From positions 124,324 to 156,323 of the forward strand of contig CANMZB010000007.1 of assembly GCA_947502265.1 (NCBI GenBank): 32,000 nucleotides of DNA. The letters run 5' to 3'. The DNA comes from an uncultured Sulfitobacter sp. (GTDB lineage Bacteria > Pseudomonadota > Alphaproteobacteria > Rhodobacterales > Rhodobacteraceae). The notes under the pieces are model-generated. The model worked only from the letters and a program-made list of their open reading frames with translations. It was not told the DNA's origin and did not search any database. Positions 8,973-18,113 of the stretch are shown piece by piece (positions within the stretch are counted from its first letter, which is position 1; every line of letters starts with the position of its first letter). The position numbers were made by a program, and so were the translations under genes.

Positions 8973-9785
8973 TCAGCCCTCCCACGGCCCCAGCATGTGG
9001 TTCATCGAAACCGAGGGCTGTTCGCAGCCCGCTTCGCCCACAATGCGCGCGGGGATACCCGCGACCGTTTTGCAGGCCGGCACCGCTTCCAGCACGACCG
9101 AGCCCGCCGCGATGCGGCTGCAATTGCCCACCGTGATGTTGCCGAGAACCTTGGCCCCTGCCCCGATCAAAACACCATCGCCGATCTTCGGATGCCTGTC
9201 CTCTTCTTCCTTGCCCGTCCCGCCCAGCGTTACGGAATGCAGCATCGAGACATTATCGCCCACGACGGCCGTTTCGCCGATCACAATTGAATGCGCGTGG
9301 TCGATCATGATCCCCTTGCCGATCCGTGCCGCCGGATGGATATCGACCCCGAAAATTTCCGAGACCCGCATCTGGATGAAATAGGCCAGATCGTATTTCT
9401 TTTGTCGCCACAAATAATGCGCAACGCGGTACGCCTGCACTGCTTGATACCCTTTGAAGTACAGGATCGGCTGCAACAGCCGATGACACGCCGGATCACG
9501 CTCGTAGATCGCGACAAGGTCGGCGCGGGCCGCAACAACAAGCGACGGATCGGCTGCATAGGCCTTGTCGACAACTTCACGGACCACCATCATCGACATC
9601 TCGTTCGAGGACAGCTTTGCCGCCATCCGGTAGCTCAAGGCTTTGTCGAGGGACGGATGATGCAGGATCGTTGCATGCACGAAGCCACCTATCAGCGGCT
9701 CGTCAGCAACCGCCTGTTCGGCATCTTGTTTGATCCTGTCCCAAACGGGATCGACCGAGGTAATGTTGCTTTTGGGGGTGGCCAT
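8973..9785 (-). CDS. cysE: Serine O-acetyltransferase
   Basis: 270 aa with the SATase N-terminal helical domain, hexapeptide repeats (GIMIDHAHSIVIGETAVVGDNVSMLHSVTLGGTG) and DRHPKIGDGVLIGAGAKVLGNI. Confidence 0.93.
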   Translation of the reverse strand: MATPKSNITSVDPVWDRIKQDAEQAVADEPLIGGFVHATILHHPSLDKALSYRMAAKLSSNEMSMMVVREVVDKAYAADPSLVVAARADLVAIYERDPACHRLLQPILYFKGYQAVQAYRVAHYLWRQKKYDLAYFIQMRVSEIFGVDIHPAARIGKGIMIDHAHSIVIGETAVVGDNVSMLHSVTLGGTGKEEEDRHPKIGDGVLIGAGAKVLGNITVGNCSRIAAGSVVLEAVPACKTVAGIPARIVGEAGCEQPSVSMNHMLGPWEG

Positions 9786-9861
9786 GACTGCGGCTCCTTT
9801 TCGCGATTGTCCTTTTATTTAGCACAGTGACCCGAAACGCAAACACCAAGCGCGTGCGAAT

Positions 9862-10152
9862 TTACCAAGGATTGCCGCTACGGTGTTCGAGAGCGCGCAA
9901 AACAACAAGGTAGCATGCCTTGAGCGAGGGGGTGTCTGGACCACAACCAGAGCCGCACGGGTATGTCATTGACGCGGCGCGCAAACTGCCGTCACCCCAT
10001 GCAGGGTGCAGTTTGTGCAATCGTTTGACGTATTTGTCCGCCGCATGCGCGCGCTCCAGCAGCCGGTCGCAGAAACCCGCGCGCAGTGGCGGTGCCACCA
10101 TCTGCACCGCGCGCGCCGCATGGTGCAGATCCATCAACCCGATCCGCCGCAT
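9862..10152 (-). CDS. Hypothetical 96-97 aa basic protein, translationally coupled to GTA g15
   Basis: The ATG at 10152-10150 shares its A with the g15 TGA stop (TGATG); an in-frame GTG lies one codon upstream. Third-codon positions are mostly G/C, as in neighbouring genes. I recognise no family. Sequence: MRRIGLMDLHHAARAVQMVAPPLRAGFCDRLLERAHAADKYVKRLHKLHPAWGDGSL... Confidence 0.5.
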   Translation of the reverse strand: MRRIGLMDLHHAARAVQMVAPPLRAGFCDRLLERAHAADKYVKRLHKLHPAWGDGSLRAASMTYPCGSGCGPDTPSLKACYLVVLRALEHRSGNPW

Positions 10153-13100
10153 CACACTGTGATTTCGATGCGTTTAAACAATCCGGCACCGTATGTTGCC
10201 GAAATCTGCGCCACTTCGACGGTGATAGCACCCGTTGCCCCGTCCGCCGCCTGCTGCCCGGCGCTGTAGCTGTATGCCGGCTCTGTTACGATAGCCTCAT
10301 GCAGGGTGATCCCCGCCTGAATGATGCGCAACAGATAGCTCTCGGTTTCTTCACCCAACGGCACGTCCGGCCCTTCCCAGTCATCACCGTCAACGCGTGT
10401 ACGCCTGATCCAGCCCAAGCTAATCGCGCCGCTAATCTCGGCCTTTGCCCGCAGGTGCGCGGGCGCATAGGGGCGCAGACCGTTGCCATCGAACGCGCGT
10501 TGCAGTTGGCGATACGACGGGTCGCTCACGGCGCGCTGCGCAGGCCCGATCCGGTAGTATTGCGCGACGCGCCGCAGATTTCGGCCCAGCTCGATCTGTT
10601 GCGGCACCCCGTTCAACAGCACGAACTGCGATCCCGCAGGCCAGACGTCCGGCATCAGCCCGTCCGATCCCGCCTGCCCGCGCAACCGCTCGCTGAGCAG
10701 ATAGGTTCCCGGCGCCAGAAGTTCGGCCTTGCGGAACTGGAACACTTCCCATCGGTCCGAACTGCCATCCCCGATGGCCGCCAGATTGGCTCCGCTCAAA
10801 AGCGCCTCGGGCGTGACTGTCTCCAACCGCCCGCTGATCAGCTTTACCTCAAGCGCATCGCCGCGATCAATCAAACCCGCACAAGCCGACCCCATCGCAG
10901 AGCGTGTGGCCCCGATGGCCGCACGGATCGGCAGAACCGTATTAATCCCGAAATCCTGCTCTGACTGACTGCTATACAGCGCCACACTGCCCGGCCACGG
11001 CATGGCAGTGGCGGCGATGTAGGGCGCAAAGGAAACTTCATCGCCTTTCAAGAGCGGCAGGTCAAGGAACAGCGGCAGAACCGGAACCGGAGCCACGAAG
11101 CGGCGCAAACGCACCTGTTCGTCCTCCAGAGGGGCCGCATCATAAACCTGTGGGTCAATCCGCACCGCGTCGATTTGTTGGAACTCTGCCTGATCCACGC
11201 GGTCAACACGATAAAGCGATGGCCCCTCGTCCTGATCCGCGGGCAGACGCACGATATCGCCCGCACGCACCGGCAGATTTGAGGGTGGCAGCGCGAACTG
11301 AACCGTATCGCGCGCAATCCGTGCCTCGTTAAGCCACCGCTCGGCAACCTGCCGCCCTTCTGCACGGGTCAGCATCATTGTGAATTCGGTTGCGGCCACT
11401 GCATGGGTTTGTTCGTCGGGCAAAACCGCCTCTTCGGAAATCACATCATAGCTGGCATCCGCCTGAATGAAACGCACGCGCACGCGGCCTGACAATGCGG
11501 CCTCTGCCTCGCGTGTCTGCACGGTGACGCCGTCCATCTCGCCGCTCACGGCAAAGCGGTCGGGATCAAGCGCTGTCTCGCGCAGGCCATCGCGCATCCG
11601 GAATATCAACGTTCCGTCCCGCTCTATTGCATCAAAGCCGAAACGCACCATCAAAGGCTGAAGCGATGCGCGGGCATCGCCCACATCCGAGACACCGTAG
11701 CCACGCACAACGCCGTAAAGCGCGCTGGTGTCATAGGCCACTACATCCGCACGACGGCAGATCTCGTCCACAACCGATGCAAGGCTGCGCGACGAGCTGC
11801 GCCCGTTGAGCCAGTGACCACGTGCATAGGCTTTTCCGTCGCTCCAAAGATCAAGGTTTCCGGGAAAGAACGGATAGGGCCGCACATCCCATGCCCAGAC
11901 AAAGGCGCGCCGCATGTCAATCATCGGCCCTTCGTATTCTATCCCTTGCGGATTGTTTTCCGGCTGCGCCCAATAGTCGATCATCGCGCGCAGGTATTGC
12001 ATCTGCATATAGTCATCACGCGATCCGTCGGAATGCCGTGGCAAGCTGCTTTCAGAGGACTTGGCATCAAGGAATTTATTGGGCTGGTTTGTCCCCTTGT
12101 CGATGGCCGCACAACCGTATTCGGTGAACCAGACGGGCTTCAACCCCGGCAGCCATCCCGTTGGTGCAATCTGGCGCTCTCCGTCGATCCGGTTGTAGTG
12201 CAGATTGCCCCACCAATTGCGAATGTCCTTATAGCGGTAAATCCACGGCTCGTTATGGGTGCCATCGGTGATCGGCGTGCGGATTTGCGCCTCGCGCTCT
12301 TCGGACGATGCGTAATACCAATCATACCCCTCACCGCCTTCGATATTGGATTGCAGATATTCGAGGTTATAGATGGAATCCCATTCCAGCGCGTCACGAT
12401 GCGCGACACCGTCCCGCCAATCGGACAACGGCATATAATTGTCGATGCCGATAAAATCAATCTGCGGATCGGCCCATAGCGGATCAAGATGGAACAGCCG
12501 GTCACCGCTGCCATCCAGCGGCTGATAGCCGAAATATTCGCTCCAGTCAGCGGCATAGCTGATCTTGGTCTGTGGCCCCACAAGGGCACGCACTTCGGCG
12601 GCCAGCACGCGCAACGCCTCTACCGCCGGAAACGTATTGCGCGCGCTGCGAATACGCGTGATCCCACGCATCTCGGACCCGATGCAAAAGGAATCGACCC
12701 CGCCCGCCGCCTGACACAGCGCCGCGTAGTGCAAAATAAATCGGGTCAGGCTCCATTCTTCGGGCCCGGTATAGCTGACGATCCCGTCCGCAACGGTGAA
12801 ATCCGCCGCTGTGACGGTGCCGAAAAAGGTCGCAACCTCGTCAGCCGCCGCCGGTGTCGCGTCGGTTGATCCTTCGCGCCCGGGCGCAAGCGCCGTGGTG
12901 ATCCGCCCACGCCACGGCAACGCAGGCTGTCCCGCCTGGCCCGTATAGGGATTGGGCAGATCGTTCCCCTCATGCTGGTCCATCAGGATAAACGGATAAA
13001 ACATCACCGCCTTGCCTTCAGCGTTCATTGCCTGAATAGCTTCGATCACAGAGGCATCCGCCGGTGTACCGCCATAGATCGGGCGGCTGTCTGCGCCGCG

Positions 13101-14084
13101 CGCTATGACACCGGCACTGGTGCGTGCCAGACCGGCCACACGCCAGGGCATCTCGTCCCCGTCAATTTCAGGATCTTCGACCTTGGGGCGCACCGCACAT
13201 TCCCCCACCCGCAGATCCGAGCCGAACCACGACACCACCAACGAGGCCGCCTTCAACTCCGGCAACTCCTCTGTCAGCGCGTCCAGCGACGTGAGGAAAT
13301 CGGTCTTGCCCGAGGGCGAGTTGATATTGGCGCTCCAGCGCGCCTGATCGTCGCCCTCATAGCTAACCGGCGTTGTGGCGAGCGAATATTCCCCTGTCCC
13401 CGGAATCAACGCGACGCCTTCAACGCCATAGCTCAACGCATGGCTGGCGTCCGGCGCGCCGCGCTGTTCGGGGCGGATTACCTCGAACGAGAACTGCGGC
13501 ACGCGGTTGCCAAAACGTTGCAACGCCAACGCTTCCATCACCACATAGGCAGTGCCGCGATAGGCAGGCACCATGCCCGCCCCTTCAATCGCCTCGATCA
13601 ACGGATCGGGCGGTTGCGCCGCGCTGCCTGTGTAGACGCGCATGTTCAAATCATCTGGCGCGATCTCTTCACCATCGGCCCAGATACGGCCCACGCTGGT
13701 AATTTCGCCCTCGCACAAAGCAATCGCTAGGTGGACGGAATAACTGTAAGCTGTTGTGCGCGGCTCGGGGCTACCGCCTTTACCACCGCCACTTGTGGTC
13801 GCAACCTCCTCGAAATCCGACGCCCAGATCACCTGCCCGCCCAACCGCAGCCGACCATAAAGCTGGCTAACGGGATCGCCCTCACCGGCCCCTGTCAGAC
13901 GAAACCGGTCCACGCGGCCTGTCTCGACCGCCTGCGCACCGGCACCGAGTATCTTTTGATCCACCACACGGCCCAATGTTGCACCCACGGCGCGGCCAAC
14001 GGCCACCGAAGAAAGCCCCGCCAACGTGCCGCCAACGGAGCCGCCTACAGCCGCACCCGCTGCTGAAAATAATATCGTCGCCAT
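10152..14084 (-). CDS. g15: GTA g15: large baseplate/host-specificity protein (megatron)
   Basis: 1310 aa. It has a Gly/Ala-rich hydrophobic N-terminus and a central glycoside-hydrolase/TIM-barrel-like region typical of GTA g15. The size, the last-gene position and the neighbouring cysE match RcGTA g15. Confidence 0.9.
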   Translation of the reverse strand: MATILFSAAGAAVGGSVGGTLAGLSSVAVGRAVGATLGRVVDQKILGAGAQAVETGRVDRFRLTGAGEGDPVSQLYGRLRLGGQVIWASDFEEVATTSGGGKGGSPEPRTTAYSYSVHLAIALCEGEITSVGRIWADGEEIAPDDLNMRVYTGSAAQPPDPLIEAIEGAGMVPAYRGTAYVVMEALALQRFGNRVPQFSFEVIRPEQRGAPDASHALSYGVEGVALIPGTGEYSLATTPVSYEGDDQARWSANINSPSGKTDFLTSLDALTEELPELKAASLVVSWFGSDLRVGECAVRPKVEDPEIDGDEMPWRVAGLARTSAGVIARGADSRPIYGGTPADASVIEAIQAMNAEGKAVMFYPFILMDQHEGNDLPNPYTGQAGQPALPWRGRITTALAPGREGSTDATPAAADEVATFFGTVTAADFTVADGIVSYTGPEEWSLTRFILHYAALCQAAGGVDSFCIGSEMRGITRIRSARNTFPAVEALRVLAAEVRALVGPQTKISYAADWSEYFGYQPLDGSGDRLFHLDPLWADPQIDFIGIDNYMPLSDWRDGVAHRDALEWDSIYNLEYLQSNIEGGEGYDWYYASSEEREAQIRTPITDGTHNEPWIYRYKDIRNWWGNLHYNRIDGERQIAPTGWLPGLKPVWFTEYGCAAIDKGTNQPNKFLDAKSSESSLPRHSDGSRDDYMQMQYLRAMIDYWAQPENNPQGIEYEGPMIDMRRAFVWAWDVRPYPFFPGNLDLWSDGKAYARGHWLNGRSSSRSLASVVDEICRRADVVAYDTSALYGVVRGYGVSDVGDARASLQPLMVRFGFDAIERDGTLIFRMRDGLRETALDPDRFAVSGEMDGVTVQTREAEAALSGRVRVRFIQADASYDVISEEAVLPDEQTHAVAATEFTMMLTRAEGRQVAERWLNEARIARDTVQFALPPSNLPVRAGDIVRLPADQDEGPSLYRVDRVDQAEFQQIDAVRIDPQVYDAAPLEDEQVRLRRFVAPVPVLPLFLDLPLLKGDEVSFAPYIAATAMPWPGSVALYSSQSEQDFGINTVLPIRAAIGATRSAMGSACAGLIDRGDALEVKLISGRLETVTPEALLSGANLAAIGDGSSDRWEVFQFRKAELLAPGTYLLSERLRGQAGSDGLMPDVWPAGSQFVLLNGVPQQIELGRNLRRVAQYYRIGPAQRAVSDPSYRQLQRAFDGNGLRPYAPAHLRAKAEISGAISLGWIRRTRVDGDDWEGPDVPLGEETESYLLRIIQAGITLHEAIVTEPAYSYSAGQQAADGATGAITVEVAQISATYGAGLFKRIEITV

Positions 14085-14524
14085 CAGGAAACCTCCTCGG
14101 GAAATTCAAAACACGCCACTATGCGGCGGTGCCACGGGGCGCTCAGCGGGCTTTGCACAACCCCGTGACCGCAATAGGCGTGGATAAACTGCGGCACGTC
14201 GCCCGCCTGCGACAGGATGCCCAGATGTTTGGCCACCGAGCCCTGCCGCATCCGGAACAAAACGACATCGCCGGGCAAAGCGTCGCGCACAGGTTTGGCC
14301 GCCAGATGCCGCAATGCCGCCGCCCAAAGCCGCTCCTCGCCCTGCGGTTCTGACCAGTCCATCGAATAGGCGGGAATGGCCTCGGGTTCCTGCCCGTACA
14401 CCTCGCGCCAGACGCCGCGCACTAGCCCCAGACAATCGCTGCCCGCGCCCCTGACAGAGGCCTGATGCACATATGGCGTCCCAATCCAGCCGCGTGCCGC
14501 CGCGACAAGCGCTGAACGGATCAT
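14084..14524 (-). CDS. g14: GTA g14: NlpC/P60 family cell-wall peptidase
   Basis: Contains WIGTPYVHQASVRGAGSDCLGLVRGVW (catalytic Cys) and a downstream His (KHLGIL). The ATG at 14524 forms an ATGA overlap with the g13 stop, and the g14 stop overlaps the g15 ATG (TGATG). Confidence 0.85.
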   Translation of the reverse strand: MIRSALVAAARGWIGTPYVHQASVRGAGSDCLGLVRGVWREVYGQEPEAIPAYSMDWSEPQGEERLWAAALRHLAAKPVRDALPGDVVLFRMRQGSVAKHLGILSQAGDVPQFIHAYCGHGVVQSPLSAPWHRRIVACFEFPEEVS

Positions 14525-15408
14525 CGCAACGATCCGCCGCTGTTGGCCTTGCCGCTCGACGGAATGGACACAACCCAATCCTCGCCCGGCAAATCCGGAA
14601 ACCCTTGAAAGTTGTCAAAATTGTTGAACTTTAGCCTGCACGTCTCGGTGCGCTTGTCACACCCCGCAATCAATCGAACCTGTGTGCCAGGCTCGACAAG
14701 TCCGCGCACCGGCTCCCACAGCTCGACAATGCGCGCGCTGTCCTCAATACGGTCACTCTTGATCGTCCCCCACAGCCCCTTTGCGGGCCCGCTCATGATT
14801 TCCAGACGTCCGCGCGTGAACCAATCGGTATCGAACGACAAAAAACCCTCCCAGACAAAGCGCCGCGCGTCCTGCACGGCCTGCGCCGGCAGCACATGTG
14901 CATAGCCCTCACGCGCCAGATTAAAGCGGCACGCCTTGTCGCCCAGAACCGCCGTACACGGCTTTTGATACACGCGCCCTAGGGGACGGTTCAACGCTTC
15001 GGTCAGCCCGCGCAATTCTGCGCGAAACGCACCGCCCGTGCGGGTCAGCTCGCCAATGGTACCGCGAAAGTTAAGCCAATGCTGCGCGGGGTTTGCCCAG
15101 TTAACCAGCCACGCACGCACCTCTGCGCCATCAAAACGACCCTGTTCTATCTCGTCCTCACGCAATGACGCATCGCTCAGCGCCCCCAACGCCTCGGTGT
15201 TGTCCACCGACAGGCCGGTGGATTGCGCCAGCGCCAACGCACTTAACCCCGTGTCTGCCCGAAACGTGATACCCGCGAAAGACAATGGCAGATCGTGATC
15301 GGTAAACGCAAAAACCTCACCATCACGGCGCATGATCGCCCACGCATGGCACACAGTTGTCAGACCTCCCTCAAGGTGGGCTGCAAGATCGGAATTGAAA
15401 TCAACCAT
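14521..15408 (-). CDS. g13: GTA g13: baseplate hub protein (DUF2163 / BR0599-like)
   Basis: Contains LTTVCHAWAIMRRDGEVFAFTDHDLPLSFAGITFRA, characteristic of the DUF2163 family. The start is ambiguous: ATG 15408 gives TGATG with the g12 stop, or GTG 15411. Confidence 0.85.
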   Translation of the reverse strand: MVDFNSDLAAHLEGGLTTVCHAWAIMRRDGEVFAFTDHDLPLSFAGITFRADTGLSALALAQSTGLSVDNTEALGALSDASLREDEIEQGRFDGAEVRAWLVNWANPAQHWLNFRGTIGELTRTGGAFRAELRGLTEALNRPLGRVYQKPCTAVLGDKACRFNLAREGYAHVLPAQAVQDARRFVWEGFLSFDTDWFTRGRLEIMSGPAKGLWGTIKSDRIEDSARIVELWEPVRGLVEPGTQVRLIAGCDKRTETCRLKFNNFDNFQGFPDLPGEDWVVSIPSSGKANSGGSLR

Positions 15409-16040
15409 CACACACGCACCTCCCGGACTGGAATATCCGGCACCTGTCCCGCCTGAAAGCTTGCGATGTTGGTCAGAATGCGATCACTGTCAAAACGCAC
15501 AGGCACGTCGAATTCATACCCCACATAGACCCGCGTGTCCGGGTCGGGCGGGCGCATGAAACTGATGATACCCGTTGTATCATCAATGGAATAATCAATG
15601 GTCTCACGCTTTTCGTCCTGCTCTACCATGACCAGAACACTACCCTTGACCGGCTTGGTGATCGGACGCGCATAGGCATGATCCCCCGAACGATAGGTTT
15701 TGATGATCTGGAATTCCTTGCGCACCCCATCACCGGTGGCAATCTGCTGATCATCATAGGCGATCCTGGCCGAGGGCTTGGCGGATTTGAAATCCGACCA
15801 GTCCTTCCAGCGAAACCCGAACATCTGGCCGTACCGCGCCTCGTAAAACGCGATCACCTTTTCGATGTCGTCAAGCGAGCGCATCCCCAGTCCCGCGTCA
15901 TAAACACGACGCGAATGGGCCCAGGGCGTGTTGCGCTCCTCATAGCCGTTGGCAAGCGTCACCACATCGACCCGCCGCTGCGGACCACCCAATGCGCCAA
16001 AACTCAGATCCGCCGGAAACAATACCTCATGAAAATTCAT
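15408..16040 (-). CDS. g12: GTA g12: distal tail protein (DUF2460 family)
   Basis: 210 aa starting MNFHEVLFPADLSFGALGGPQRRVDVVTLANGYEERNTPW, the typical N-terminus of the DUF2460/TIGR02217-type family. Confidence 0.85.
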   Translation of the reverse strand: MNFHEVLFPADLSFGALGGPQRRVDVVTLANGYEERNTPWAHSRRVYDAGLGMRSLDDIEKVIAFYEARYGQMFGFRWKDWSDFKSAKPSARIAYDDQQIATGDGVRKEFQIIKTYRSGDHAYARPITKPVKGSVLVMVEQDEKRETIDYSIDDTTGIISFMRPPDPDTRVYVGYEFDVPVRFDSDRILTNIASFQAGQVPDIPVREVRV

Positions 16041-16055
16041 CTCTAATTCCCTCGC

Positions 16056-16718
16056 TTAACGGTTTTTCTGGCCGGCACTCAGCGCACGGCTCATTTGGGC
16101 GGCGATCTGTGCGCGCGACCGCTGGAAGCCTGCCACATCAGGCGTCGAGATGTTCATCACCACCGTTGGCGTACCGCCACCGCCACCACCCGCACGCACC
16201 CCCAGCTTGCCGTCGGGGCCGCGCGCGAGCGGCATAATCGCCTCCGGCCCCGCTTCGCCCATCACGCCCATGCCGCCGCGCATGCCGAAATGCGTGGCCT
16301 GACTGACCACGCCCCCATCAGCAAATGGCATCACACGGCCCTGACTGAACGGCGCACCATTGGCAAAAGGCAGAACCCCCTGCACCAACCCCGTAACCCC
16401 TTGGGAAATCAGCCCGCCTAAATGATCGGTCACCGGTTTGACCGCGGCGCTATAAGCCGAGCGCGACAGCGATTGCGCCACGGTAGTTAACGCATCCGAC
16501 AGCTTCATGCCGTCGAAAACCACGCCATCAAACGCCTTGCGCAAACCACGGCTCAGACCACGCTCAAGCGTCGCCACATCCTTGCCCGTGGCCGCCAGTG
16601 AGGTTCGCATCCGGCGCAATTCGCTGTCAAAGCCCGATACCAGAACACTGGTCTGCCCCAGCGTCTGGTTAAGCGACTGCGCGTCCGTGCCCAGTGCGTC
16701 AAAGGTTTCTTCATCCAT
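16056..16718 (-). CDS. g11: GTA g11: short tail tape measure protein
   Basis: 220 aa with the tape-measure motif MGEAGPEAIMPL and a Gly-rich C-terminal part. It sits after the chaperone pair. Confidence 0.8.
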   Translation of the reverse strand: MDEETFDALGTDAQSLNQTLGQTSVLVSGFDSELRRMRTSLAATGKDVATLERGLSRGLRKAFDGVVFDGMKLSDALTTVAQSLSRSAYSAAVKPVTDHLGGLISQGVTGLVQGVLPFANGAPFSQGRVMPFADGGVVSQATHFGMRGGMGVMGEAGPEAIMPLARGPDGKLGVRAGGGGGGTPTVVMNISTPDVAGFQRSRAQIAAQMSRALSAGQKNR

Positions 16719-16920
16719 GATCGTGATCCTTTTGCTTGTCCGGATAGGCCGCCATCAGCGCCTCCAGCCCCTCGCTCAGCAGCGGCGCTGTGCCGCTGCC
16801 GCCTGCCCCCAGCATCAGCTGCAATTCCGCAGGGGTCAGCGCCCAGAACGCATCGGGCGTAAGCCCCAGCCCCTGCAACCCCGCCCGTATCAGCGCGGGC
16901 CAGTCAAAGCCGTCGCTCAC
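16711..16920 (-). CDS. g10.1: GTA g10.1: small tail-assembly chaperone-like protein
   Basis: 69 aa. The GTG start forms a GTGA overlap with the g10 stop, and the gene overlaps the g11 start by 8 nt. Position and size match RcGTA g10.1. Confidence 0.65.
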   Translation of the reverse strand: MSDGFDWPALIRAGLQGLGLTPDAFWALTPAELQLMLGAGGSGTAPLLSEGLEALMAAYPDKQKDHDHG

Positions 16921-17231
16921 GGGCGCACCATAAACGCCCGCGCCAAAAGCTCCGCAGCGGCCTGCGCTGCGGCCATCGGGCCACCCTCAATCTCGGCGTG
17001 CGCCAGCGTGTCCGCATCCATGCGCACACCCGCCCCCCGCAGCCCCGCCGCCAGCAACGCCAGCACATCGCGTGTGCTATACCGCCCGCCCTCGAACCGC
17101 TCGACCAGCGCCACCAGCGACGGCTCGTCCAGCACCTCTTCCAACTCCGCCAACGCACCCAGCGTCAGCTTCATCCGGTGACGCTGCCCATCGACCGTCA
17201 ACGCCACCTCTCCCCGCCACCGGTTGCTCAT
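16917..17231 (-). CDS. g10: GTA g10: tail assembly chaperone-like protein
   Basis: 104 aa from ATG 17231; the track start at 17237 is TTG. MSNRWRGEVALTVDGQRHRMKLTLGALAELEE is typical of the gene-transfer-agent family protein that follows the tube gene. Confidence 0.75.
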   Translation of the reverse strand: MSNRWRGEVALTVDGQRHRMKLTLGALAELEEVLDEPSLVALVERFEGGRYSTRDVLALLAAGLRGAGVRMDADTLAHAEIEGGPMAAAQAAAELLARAFMVRP

Positions 17232-17233
17232 CT

Positions 17234-17662
17234 TCAAATTCCCGAATCGACGTAAGGCACGAACTGCAACTGACCGGCAGACGCAAGCGACAGCTCATAG
17301 GTCGCCTCACCATTCAACTGGCCCGCGTATTCCAGCGAGGTCACCTGAAACGGCCCCTCGACCACACCGAACTCCGGGATCACAATCTGGAAATCCGGCG
17401 TCAGCCCGTCGAACAAAAGCTGGCGTGCGCGCTCGTCCGTGGCCTCGTCGCGAAACACGCCCGAGCCGCTGATCGCCGCCGACCGCACACCGGCCCCCGC
17501 CAGCAACTGCCGCCAACCTCCCGCGGAATCAAGCGATGTGACATCCACCGCCTCGGCGTTGAAATTGATGCGCGTGGCACGCAGCCCCGCAATGGTCTCA
17601 AAGTTGCCATCGGTCGTCATATCAACCTTGATCAAAAGGTCTTTGCCTGCTTGAACAGCCAT
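17234..17662 (-). CDS. g9: GTA g9: major tail (tube) protein, TP901-1-like
   Basis: 142 aa starting MAVQAGKDLLIKVDMTTDGNFETIAGLRATRINFNAEAVDVTS. CAGGAG RBS upstream. Confidence 0.85.
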   Translation of the reverse strand: MAVQAGKDLLIKVDMTTDGNFETIAGLRATRINFNAEAVDVTSLDSAGGWRQLLAGAGVRSAAISGSGVFRDEATDERARQLLFDGLTPDFQIVIPEFGVVEGPFQVTSLEYAGQLNGEATYELSLASAGQLQFVPYVDSGI

Positions 17663-17702
17663 TCTGTATACTCCTGTTAAAAGCCTGAAAGCGTTTTACT
17701 AT

Positions 17703-18113
17703 TCAGTCGTCTTGCACCCGTGCACGAAACCGCAGATCAATCTGGCGCGCACTTGCCGCATCAATCCGGCGCGCCGTAGCCCGATCAAATCCCAATGAAA
17801 CAAGCCGCCCGCGCGCCAGCGTCAGATCGGCACCATGCAGCGCATCGCTGATCGCTGCCGCCGCGCGCTTGGCGCTGGCAAAGCCGGGGTTGGTCGTAAT
17901 CACGGAAACGCTCAATGTATGCGCCGCCCCCGCGCCACTACCGTCCGAGGCATCGCGCACCGTCTCTGTTCCCAGTTGCACATAGATCTCCGGCAAGCTG
18001 CCCGCAGGCACCGCATCATAGATCGCGCTGCCCACCTCAGCTGCCAACGCCGTATCGGCCGTCAAGGCCGCGAATACCGCAGCCTGAAGCGCTGCTGAAA
18101 CCGCATAGCTCAT
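17703..18113 (-). CDS. g8: GTA g8: tail terminator (DUF3168-like)
   Basis: 136 aa. ATGA overlap with the g7 stop. Ala-rich N-terminus MSYAVSAALQAAVFAALTAD, typical of DUF3168 proteins. Confidence 0.8.
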   Translation of the reverse strand: MSYAVSAALQAAVFAALTADTALAAEVGSAIYDAVPAGSLPEIYVQLGTETVRDASDGSGAGAAHTLSVSVITTNPGFASAKRAAAAISDALHGADLTLARGRLVSLGFDRATARRIDAASARQIDLRFRARVQDD

